Positions 27,829 through 36,161 of a DNA stretch of 64,000 nt are shown in pieces. A model generated the notes under the pieces. The model had not been told where the DNA came from. It made no database searches and saw only the letters and a program-made list of their open reading frames with translations. A program made the position numbers and the translations under genes. Numbering within the stretch: the stretch's first letter is position 1; each line of letters starts with the position of its first letter. The stretch is from positions 11,876-75,875 of the forward strand of contig CAIYPD010000052.1 of the NCBI GenBank assembly GCA_903928075.1, given 5' to 3'. Source of the DNA: Candidatus Firestoneibacteriota bacterium. GTDB taxonomy: Bacteria; Oederibacteriota; D2-FULL-39-29.

Positions 27829-29025
27829 TTACTTTTCTATTACATATATATGTGTGGCATGTTCCGAAAATTTATCCGAGAACTCCCGGTTGCCGGCCGT
27901 AATACTTCTGTTTTCCTCGTCGACGGCTATTTTTACGTTTGATTTCAAGTCCGGAACTTTAAATTTCACCGTGCAACTGCTTCTTTTCATATTGACCGCA
28001 AAAATATAAATCTTTCCCTCATTTTCCTTTACCATTATTTCCACATCTCCCCCGGCGGCCTCTTTAGTTACTTTACCCAAAATATCAGGAGAGCAAATAG
28101 CCGGTGTCAACCGGGTAATCTGGTTGTTGATTTTTGTGAGTTCTTTTTTGTTCTCTTCCGGCACGCCGAACTGGGTGTAGAACTTATTTGTCTTATCTTC
28201 AGCCATTCTTTTTTTCATATTAGGATTTCCGATATTTTCCTGTGAAACCCAGGCATGGGTAAAATAGGCTATGCCCTTGACCCCTCTTACGATAGCCATC
28301 CAAACCTCGCATCTTATTTCATAAGGAAAAGGATGCCGCATACGGGAAGGGCTTATCCACTTGCTCCCCGCGTTTGTTTCAATAAAAGCATAGGCGGGTT
28401 TCCCCTTGTAGAGCCTTTGGAGTTCTGTAACACCCGAGGCGACCCACCAAAGCTTCTCCACGCTCATACTACCAAAAATAGGATAAATATCATAGCCAAT
28501 TATATCCGTTGCTTTATTGTAGTCCTTGTAAAAAGAAATATCATAATTTACTTTTTCAATATTGGGGTCAAACTTGGGAGTTAAGGTTAAAAACATGGGA
28601 TGCTCCCGGTCCATCGCCCGGGCTTTTTCATATATAGCTATAGATTCGGCTGTGGGAATCCTCGGGGCTTTTTTGTCTTTTCCCGGCATATCAGGTTCAT
28701 CCTTATACAACCAGCCCAGCAGTGCGGGGCTTTGTCTGACCGCCTCCACTTGTTCCTCTTTAAAAGCGGTTACCACAAATAGGCCAAGTCTTGCTGCTTC
28801 CGCTGCGTACTCGACCGCCGTAGATTCATCACCCTGGCCAAAAAAAGTATTAATCCCATATTTCTTTTGTTCTTCCATTTTAGTTTTGCTCTGCGCCCAC
28901 TGCATAATCGGGAAAAATGGCTTGCCGTCAACTATTATTTCCAGATCTTTTCCTATCTCCACTTTTGTCGCATAGAGCGGCAAACTGAGTGCCAGTATGC
29001 AGAAAAAAAAGAATATCTTTTTCAT
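27829..29025 (-). CDS. Secreted TIM-barrel glycoside-hydrolase-like protein
   Basis: Signal peptide; VDGKPFFP, WLYKDEPD, YDIYP and AFIE; paralog of 43357-44562. Confidence 0.62.
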   Translation of the reverse strand: MKKIFFFFCILALSLPLYATKVEIGKDLEIIVDGKPFFPIMQWAQSKTKMEEQKKYGINTFFGQGDESTAVEYAAEAARLGLFVVTAFKEEQVEAVRQSPALLGWLYKDEPDMPGKDKKAPRIPTAESIAIYEKARAMDREHPMFLTLTPKFDPNIEKVNYDISFYKDYNKATDIIGYDIYPIFGSMSVEKLWWVASGVTELQRLYKGKPAYAFIETNAGSKWISPSRMRHPFPYEIRCEVWMAIVRGVKGIAYFTHAWVSQENIGNPNMKKRMAEDKTNKFYTQFGVPEENKKELTKINNQITRLTPAICSPDILGKVTKEAAGGDVEIMVKENEGKIYIFAVNMKRSSCTVKFKVPDLKSNVKIAVDEENRSITAGNREFSDKFSEHATHIYVIEK

Positions 29026-29067
29026 TTTACTTCTCCCTGCCGGAGGCAGTCCGGCTTCAATGATTTC

Positions 29068-30198
29068 CTAACCTTTATGGTTTAAGCAGACATAATTATG
29101 CGGCCCGCTTACGCCAAATTTATTTTTTGTAGTAGCTGTTATTTTATTTATACCGGGCTTTAATTTCCATTTAAACCCGGAAGCTGTTTTTTTCCAGGCA
29201 CCGTTATTTAGTTTAACAAGAAAATGGGAAAAATTAGGAGTTTGCGTCGTGAGCTTTATGGCGACATTTCTGCCGTTTTTGGGAAGAAGTTCGATATGTG
29301 CCTCGCCCAGCGACCAATAAATATCCCGGATATTTTTAGCTGCTACCACACATTTTTTGTGCCATTTTACTTTTTTGTTGTATTTATCAATTATCATAAA
29401 AGAACCGTCTTTATCATTGTTTAAGGAAGAAATACCGCCTTTGAAAAGCATATACGGATGGGCATTTATCGAATCATCCAACCAGCGGGCACTCCCGGCA
29501 AATATCATATTAGCGTGCTTGGCCAGGCTTATTGCGGAAAAACTTATAGTTGTGTTGCTGGGAGGATGATAAAACGGCAGGTCTTTAAGTGTGTATTTCT
29601 TTTTCTGCTTCCCTGAGATAAAGATCAGGTCTTTTCCTCCGTTTCTAAAGAGTTCTTTCCTGATTTCAAAAGCGCTCAAAGGAATGCCGGGAGTGCTTTC
29701 TGTCACAAAATAGACCATATGCGTGGGGTCCAGCTCTATCCATTTTCTGAACTGGTTGGACCAGATTTCACAGATGGTATGTTCAACTCCGGTAACCGAA
29801 GGCAACGCTTTTAACTGCAAGCCCCGGGCGACCCAGCCTAAACTATAAGCCGCCGAAAGAAATACCGCGGCAAAATGAGCACAGTAAAAAGAACCACCCC
29901 GGTCTATTTCCTCAAGGATAGAAAGCGCATTATGGACAGGCAAAGTGGGCTGGCCGAATTTTTTAAAACGGTGCATAACCCAGTCATTTAACAGCTGCAT
30001 CTTTTCCAGTTCGGTCTTCCCGCTCTTAATAACTCTTCTTAAAGCGTATTTCTTTTCTAATTTTATAAGTTTAGGATTATTGCGGCGGTCGTATTTAAAC
30101 CGCTTAGAATATTTACTTATAACTATTTTCGGATTAAGAGACCCGGTTTCCTTGAGCGTAATGTTTTTAAGGAGCAGTCCTTTTCTTAAAATGCTCAC
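29068..30198 (-). CDS. Transglutaminase-like domain protein (no evident signal peptide)
   Basis: Cys-His-Asp triad motifs FYCAHFA, EHTICEIW and ELDPT. Confidence 0.78.
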   Translation of the reverse strand: MSILRKGLLLKNITLKETGSLNPKIVISKYSKRFKYDRRNNPKLIKLEKKYALRRVIKSGKTELEKMQLLNDWVMHRFKKFGQPTLPVHNALSILEEIDRGGSFYCAHFAAVFLSAAYSLGWVARGLQLKALPSVTGVEHTICEIWSNQFRKWIELDPTHMVYFVTESTPGIPLSAFEIRKELFRNGGKDLIFISGKQKKKYTLKDLPFYHPPSNTTISFSAISLAKHANMIFAGSARWLDDSINAHPYMLFKGGISSLNNDKDGSFMIIDKYNKKVKWHKKCVVAAKNIRDIYWSLGEAHIELLPKNGRNVAIKLTTQTPNFSHFLVKLNNGAWKKTASGFKWKLKPGINKITATTKNKFGVSGPHNYVCLNHKG

Positions 30199-31349
30199 TT
30201 GAACTCCAGTTCAATAAAATTATCCGGCCCGTAAACCCCGAACTTGTTCCTTACGGTTGCGGTCAGTTTATTTCTGCCTTTATGAAGCAGCCAGGTGAAT
30301 TTCTCGCTGCTCTTCTGCCATTCCTTGCCATCGTCCATTTTAATAACAAAGGTGTCGAAGTTAGGGGTCTCGGTGGTAAAACTGACTTCAAGTTTATCTT
30401 TGTCCCCTGCGGCCACTTGCATTTTTGCTTCACCCAGAGTCCAGTATATATCCTGTATATCCCCGGGAATTTCTCTTTTGTGCCACTTAAAACCTTTTGT
30501 TCGCTCATCGTTTATCATGAAATTGTCGCTGCCATAATCAACCTTATTATCCAGCAGCCGCATATCAGAGGTAAACAGAAGAAGCGCAAACTGCTCTGTT
30601 CTCTTTTCGTCAAAACCAAAATACCCCGCCGCGCCCGGTCTCTTTGCGGGCAAATCGGAATAATTGTATTTTTTATTTTCCTTCCCGGCATAAATAACTA
30701 TATCTTTCCCCTTATTTCTGAAATATTCTTCCCTTGCTTCGTTGGCACTGAGATAAACCCCTGGATTGCCGGCTTTTGCCAGCCTGTAATTATGCGTGGG
30801 GTCCATAACTATCCATTTCCTATATTGATTGGACCACATCTCGACATTCGTGTGCTCTGTGAGGCCCGGCTCTATGGCTTTCATCCCGAAGACCCTAGCC
30901 ACCCAGCCCAGACTGTAGGCGCAGGAATTAAAAACAGCGCCATATTGAATACAAAAAGCGCTTCCGCCGTCTTCGACCATTTTTAATATTTCCAAAGCAT
31001 TTGAGGTAGCCTTTGTGGGCTGATCAAATTTTTTAAAATAATGAAACACCCAGTCTTCCAGCAGGCACATCCGTTCGTATTCCGTTTTCCCGCTTTTAAT
31101 TACTTCCTCTAGTTTATATTTAGTCCTGAGCTCTTTTAATTTCGGGTTATCAAAACTTTCATATTTGAAACGCTTTGAGAATTTACTTTTGATAAGATCC
31201 GGATTTTGTATGCTCAAAATTTCAATAGTACCTCCGGTTATGGCTGCTTTCTCCCCTTTCTTGAGTCCGGCAATATCCTTGCTTTCCGCAAATCCTGGTG
31301 CGCAAGCCAATAGTAAAAAGCATCCCGGCATTAAAAGTTTTCTTAACAT
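30195..31349 (-). CDS. Secreted transglutaminase-like domain protein (paralog)
   Basis: Signal peptide; AFCIQYG, EHTNVEMW and VMDPT; 4-bp GTGA overlap with the downstream paralog. Confidence 0.78.
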   Translation of the reverse strand: MLRKLLMPGCFLLLACAPGFAESKDIAGLKKGEKAAITGGTIEILSIQNPDLIKSKFSKRFKYESFDNPKLKELRTKYKLEEVIKSGKTEYERMCLLEDWVFHYFKKFDQPTKATSNALEILKMVEDGGSAFCIQYGAVFNSCAYSLGWVARVFGMKAIEPGLTEHTNVEMWSNQYRKWIVMDPTHNYRLAKAGNPGVYLSANEAREEYFRNKGKDIVIYAGKENKKYNYSDLPAKRPGAAGYFGFDEKRTEQFALLLFTSDMRLLDNKVDYGSDNFMINDERTKGFKWHKREIPGDIQDIYWTLGEAKMQVAAGDKDKLEVSFTTETPNFDTFVIKMDDGKEWQKSSEKFTWLLHKGRNKLTATVRNKFGVYGPDNFIELEFK

Positions 31350-31439
31350 ACTCCTGCCTCACTGCATAAAAAACGGATTTTTCGATTATTGTAGCTTATA
31401 CTGCCGGTTATTTCAGTAAAAAACTCAAGTGAGAGCCTT

Positions 31440-32435
31440 TTACTTAAAAACCCCGAATTCCTGCGCGGCTTTTACCATCGCAAGATAGTTTTCAGGTGGA
31501 ACAGAATCTATTATTGAGTGACTTGAACAAACCACATAGCTTCCGTCTTTGGCCAAACGCTCAATATGATCCCTAACGCTTTCACGAACCTCGGCCGGCG
31601 TGCCGAAAGACAAGACCCCCGCCACATCAATGTTTCCGACCAGCGTAAGTTTATTTCCGTATTTAACTCTTATCGCGTAGATATCATTTGCTACGGGCTG
31701 TATGGGATGCACGGCATTGACTCCCCATTCAAGCATATAAGGCAAAATAGGCGCCTGTACTCCGCAGCAATGAAATATTATAGGCCGGCCGGTCGCCTGC
31801 GCCGTATTGATAAGCAGCTTTGTTTTCGGAACCCAGAACTCGTTCATACTCTCGGGGCTTATAAGCGGTCCGGCGGTTGAGCCTATATCATCGCCGATAT
31901 AGTAAAAATGGTAGGGCAGGTCTTTTATCGCTTCAATAAGCCTCATATGATAATCGAGGAAAAGATCCATGAGCCGTTTTACCAAAGCGGGATCATCATA
32001 TAAAAGATACATAAAGGATTGAATCGGCACGGGACCTAAGGCCATATAGGTCAAAGTCATTATTCCGCTTAATCTCGCGCATACCCCCATCTCCGTCCCT
32101 TTGACGGCTTTCAGGTAGGCCTCAAGTTTTTCCCGGGCCACCGCCGGGTCCGGAGGAATAACTTTATCCAGATCTTTCCCGCTTAAAATACTCCCTTCTT
32201 CCAGGCTCCAGGTAAGACTACAAACAATCGAATCTTGTCCGACCGCCCGGGCTACTTTGACTGCGTCCGCCGGAGGCACGGACCAGGTTGTTTCGCGGGG
32301 CCCGCCTTGAGGGCGCTTAAGTATATACTTCAAAGACCGGTCGTCAACCAGAACATCCCAGTTGGGAACACGGTCGCCCTTTTTGTGATTTAAAGCCGCC
32401 AGCAGCCGGCTTATTTTCGGTTCCGTATATCCCAT
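31440..32435 (-). CDS. Uroporphyrinogen decarboxylase/MtaA-CmuA superfamily protein
   Basis: GDRVP, GDDIG...LISP, FHCCG, GNIDV...GTPAEV and SSHSI..VPPEN. Confidence 0.88.
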   Translation of the reverse strand: MGYTEPKISRLLAALNHKKGDRVPNWDVLVDDRSLKYILKRPQGGPRETTWSVPPADAVKVARAVGQDSIVCSLTWSLEEGSILSGKDLDKVIPPDPAVAREKLEAYLKAVKGTEMGVCARLSGIMTLTYMALGPVPIQSFMYLLYDDPALVKRLMDLFLDYHMRLIEAIKDLPYHFYYIGDDIGSTAGPLISPESMNEFWVPKTKLLINTAQATGRPIIFHCCGVQAPILPYMLEWGVNAVHPIQPVANDIYAIRVKYGNKLTLVGNIDVAGVLSFGTPAEVRESVRDHIERLAKDGSYVVCSSHSIIDSVPPENYLAMVKAAQEFGVFK

Positions 32436-32476
32436 GTTTTATCTCCATTTTTTTTCAATTATTTTTAATATCCGGA

Positions 32477-35233
32477 CTATTTCCCTTCTAACTTCTTCTG
32501 CACTTCACCTGCCAGAAGATAAAGAGACCTGCTGCGCTCTTCCCAGCCGGAACTCTGGAACCAGGCATGACCGGCCACACCTGTCTGCCACATCCAGTTC
32601 CACGGAGTATTATAACCGTAACAATTTACCTCAAGATTTGCCACTCCCCGCTGCACGCAAAGAGTGCGCTCATCCAGTATTTTCTCGCAACGCCCGGCCA
32701 GTTCACTGCCAAGTTTTATGCGTAGGCCTCTATCGGTAAGAGCCTGTTCTATAAAGATACGCGCCTCACACTCCTGAACTCCTTCCCGGAGCTGTTCAAA
32801 GCGGGCCGTAACCAGCGCACCCTCCTGTCCAGGCGCCAAAAGAGAATTACGCAGTCCCAGATTAAACCAGGAACTCTGGGGATACCGTTCATAAACTTTG
32901 CCAATCCTGTTTCCGCTCTTATCCTTTAGCGCTTCCCAGTAATCGCCTCCCAGCCGGCCAAAACCCCGCTGACCGCCAGAAATATTTATCTCCCCCATAC
33001 TTCGCATCAGAGATCCGGGAACCTTACCCAGTTCTGGCGAGCGGATGTTTTGCGCGTGGATGACAGGATTTTTCCAGCCATAACTCCGTCCTTTTTCCGG
33101 TCCCTGGGAAAAAGCAACATCGTAGACCGAGGTCATGTAACCTATTTTAAAAGTGTTTAACACACTTGCAAAATAGCTTGTATTGAAAGCCGCCTGGTGT
33201 GCATGCGTGACCCAGGGAAGATCTCCGGTTACCTCTTTCCAAAAGAAAACCGCTTCCTTGGGAGGCTTGCTATCACACATCCAGCCCATTGTCATGGCTT
33301 TTTCCAGCCCGCGCTTTTTCATTCTGGCGCGAATTTCCGTAAAGAGAGCCTGCCAGACAGGCTTCATAGCAGGATTGTTATAATTTGGAACAAATACATT
33401 CTCTACTTTTTTAGTGACGGGATTAAGAATAGAGACCGCCGGTTGGGCCACCCTGTTTGGATTTTTTTTGTTAATATCATTCATCAACCTGTCATCGCTT
33501 CCCTTGGGCTGAAGGTAAACCTCCCAGGCAATAAAACAGACCAGCTTGGGTTTTCCAAGGTTTTTTTCTGCAACATCCAGGTATTTATCCATAACAGAAA
33601 AATCAAAATCATATTTATTTTCGCCCTTTTTGATCCAGCGGACCATGGACTCTGAGTTGCCATAGTTGGTCTCGGCAATAAGAGGGATATAGAGCACCCC
33701 GCTGCCCGCTTCTCTTATCAGGCTCATAGAACGCGCAATAAGGTTAAAATGCTTATCCGACCAGGCTTCCACGCCGTATTCCAACTGGAGGGTATCCGGA
33801 GACTGTATAAGTTCTATCCAGGTCTTAAAATCATCGGGGTTGGGCAGTTTCCAGTCCAACACCTCAAGTTTCACGGGGACCAAGACCGGTTTTTCCGAAT
33901 CGGTCTTTATGGTAAGCGTACCCTCGTAAGAACCGGCCGAAGCATCTGCAGGTACATTTACCGTGATCCAGATAGGGACCACCGAACCTTCTTTGCTCCC
34001 GCTCTGCAGCTCCGTCTCCCGGGGGGGTATATCGTTGAGTACATTTAGTCCGGGCTTTATATTTTTTGATTTCTGTAATTCAAATGTTTCCTGGGTTATC
34101 CCGTATTCACCGGTTCCTTCTTTCCCGTACCGGATTCGCAGGGCAGTAACGGGAATAGTTCCGGCAGCACTTTTTAATTCCGTGACTGAGGCTTTAAGTC
34201 CTTTTATAATTTTAGTTGAACCCGCCACAACTTTGCCGGAAAAAATACCGTTTTTCACCCCCGTAAGAATTATGGGTCGTAGTATTTCACAGGGATCACA
34301 GAAGTCAGTAGTGTAATCCCCGCGTAAAACGCTGCCATTCCAGACCCGGAAACCCTGCGGGCGGGAAACACCGGATTCTATTTTTTCCTGGAGCGCGGTC
34401 GCAAGACGGATCTCGCGCAATTCACAGGTATTCCATTGCAGGTCATATACAAAATCCTCGCCCCCCGGACCGCCTCCGCTCTTCGTTTTTTTCTCGTCAA
34501 CCGCCTTATTATAGGGAGCCCGGATGATCTCTACCGCCAGAACATTCAGCCCTTTTTTTAAAAGTTTACCCGGCAGTTCAAGATTAGTAAGAGCGCGGTT
34601 TTGCGATTGCAGCCGGGGAATATCCCCTCCTCCCGGTTTGGCGGCCCGGATCATTTTTCCGCCTGACATAACAAAACTGCCTTCCTCGGCAACCAGGTTA
34701 CCTTTTGTATCGACAAAAGCCTCCGCTGGATAGGCTTCGGCTATTACCGGACTGGCGCCTGCCGGCAGCTGCGCGCGTTTTATCTCTTCGCCGTTAAGAT
34801 AGACGATAATGCCTCCGTGATAGGATATATTCAGAACAAGATTTTTTACCCTGGAAGGCTCGCTAATATTAAATTTGCCGCGGAAAAAGGAGCGGGAAAC
34901 AAAGGGAGTTTTGCAGCTCATAGAAACCGGGCCCTTTAGCCAGGATGCGTCATCAAAATCAGGACTTACCCAGTCTTTTGAAGGCGCGGCGCTTTCTTTA
35001 TTCAACCAGTATTTATCATAGGCTATGGGTTTTACGCCTGAAGAAAAACCTATCTCGGGAGGCTTAAGCACTGAGAACATTCTCCAGGAACTGTAAGTAT
35101 CCAGGACAGCGGTTCCAAAGGCCTTTTCTTCGGCAAAAAGTCCGGAAAATGCTGAGCAGGAAAGGCAAAAGTAAAGGACTGCACAGAAATAGACTTTTAG
35201 CACCGGTTTACAGAATACTTTTATTAACTTCAT
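32477..35233 (-). CDS. Secreted ~900-aa GH123/DUF4091-like protein, paralog 3
   Basis: LIQSPDTLQLEY, DFSVMDKYLD and RFEQLREGVQECEARI. Confidence 0.65.
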   Translation of the reverse strand: MKLIKVFCKPVLKVYFCAVLYFCLSCSAFSGLFAEEKAFGTAVLDTYSSWRMFSVLKPPEIGFSSGVKPIAYDKYWLNKESAAPSKDWVSPDFDDASWLKGPVSMSCKTPFVSRSFFRGKFNISEPSRVKNLVLNISYHGGIIVYLNGEEIKRAQLPAGASPVIAEAYPAEAFVDTKGNLVAEEGSFVMSGGKMIRAAKPGGGDIPRLQSQNRALTNLELPGKLLKKGLNVLAVEIIRAPYNKAVDEKKTKSGGGPGGEDFVYDLQWNTCELREIRLATALQEKIESGVSRPQGFRVWNGSVLRGDYTTDFCDPCEILRPIILTGVKNGIFSGKVVAGSTKIIKGLKASVTELKSAAGTIPVTALRIRYGKEGTGEYGITQETFELQKSKNIKPGLNVLNDIPPRETELQSGSKEGSVVPIWITVNVPADASAGSYEGTLTIKTDSEKPVLVPVKLEVLDWKLPNPDDFKTWIELIQSPDTLQLEYGVEAWSDKHFNLIARSMSLIREAGSGVLYIPLIAETNYGNSESMVRWIKKGENKYDFDFSVMDKYLDVAEKNLGKPKLVCFIAWEVYLQPKGSDDRLMNDINKKNPNRVAQPAVSILNPVTKKVENVFVPNYNNPAMKPVWQALFTEIRARMKKRGLEKAMTMGWMCDSKPPKEAVFFWKEVTGDLPWVTHAHQAAFNTSYFASVLNTFKIGYMTSVYDVAFSQGPEKGRSYGWKNPVIHAQNIRSPELGKVPGSLMRSMGEINISGGQRGFGRLGGDYWEALKDKSGNRIGKVYERYPQSSWFNLGLRNSLLAPGQEGALVTARFEQLREGVQECEARIFIEQALTDRGLRIKLGSELAGRCEKILDERTLCVQRGVANLEVNCYGYNTPWNWMWQTGVAGHAWFQSSGWEERSRSLYLLAGEVQKKLEGK

Positions 35234-35259
35234 TTTTCTTGCCTCCCGTAGATAATGTT

Positions 35260-36039
35260 TTAGTCTTTGACTTTTGCTTCCGGAATAATTGGTTTCAAGA
35301 TAGAGTCGCCCCGCTGGATCCTGTCATAAAGGGTCGGCATATTTCCTGTGGCTTTATGATAGTATTCCCGGTCGCGGCCTTCGGCGAGCATCCGCAGGGC
35401 TTCCTTTTCCATTTTTGCGGGTTCCTCATTTATCTTTTTAAGACGCTCCGGCATCCCGCAGCAGTCATATTCCCCCCTTTTGAGGATTGCTGCCAGTTCC
35501 GTTTCGTTTTTTGGGGTCGAATGGAGATAACTGTAAAACATCCCCACATTTAATACTCTGTGCCCGTCTGAGTTGCTTATCGGATGAGCATTTGCCAGCC
35601 GTAAAAGCTCTTTGATCTTGTCCTGATTGCTCACTGAAAAAGAGACTTCAATCGCATCCGGCGGATAGGTTTTCACATCTATACCTATTTCCTTCCTGTA
35701 CCGGAAAGGATGGGCCAGTGCCAAAAAGCCGCCCCGTTCTTTTACCAGAGCGTAAAGTTCCGCATAATGCAGACCGGTTTTCTCCAAAGCAGGCTCATAA
35801 AAACCGATGACAAGGAACTCTTCCTTCTCGACAGTATTCACCTCAATACCCTGAAAAACGCGAAACGGGGCAAATTTACTATTTAATTCCCGCACCCGCT
35901 CACCCGGAATATATTTATCGTGATCGGTAAAAACAAGTCCGTTCAGGCCGTAGCCAATGGCAGCGCGAATCATAGCCTCTTCGCCGTCCACCGCGCAGGC
36001 AGAGCGTTCTTTTGAATGAACATGACAATCAATCTTCAT
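35260..36039 (-). CDS. PHP-domain metal-dependent phosphoesterase
   Basis: DCHVHS, FTDH, GIE, LAHP and NSDGH. Confidence 0.85.
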   Translation of the reverse strand: MKIDCHVHSKERSACAVDGEEAMIRAAIGYGLNGLVFTDHDKYIPGERVRELNSKFAPFRVFQGIEVNTVEKEEFLVIGFYEPALEKTGLHYAELYALVKERGGFLALAHPFRYRKEIGIDVKTYPPDAIEVSFSVSNQDKIKELLRLANAHPISNSDGHRVLNVGMFYSYLHSTPKNETELAAILKRGEYDCCGMPERLKKINEEPAKMEKEALRMLAEGRDREYYHKATGNMPTLYDRIQRGDSILKPIIPEAKVKD

Positions 36040-36161
36040 AAGAATAACCCCTTTAAATCAATATTTTCGCAGCAAGAAAATAGAGAACACAACGACAAGA
36101 CCTGAGAAATAACATTACACCAATGTATTTTTTACTAACCTTGTACTTTGTACCTGTTTTT

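Noticed and set aside
30282-30986. 234-aa plus-strand ORF, and other long plus-strand ORFs (e.g. 16601-17146, 46417-46974, 50351-50917)
   Set aside because: Fully antisense to well-supported genes, with no recognisable motifs; typical shadow ORFs.
31440-32435. Calling this hemE
   Set aside because: Lacks the RQAGR motif and has an HCC metal-site motif of the MtaA/CmuA-like branch; no heme genes nearby.
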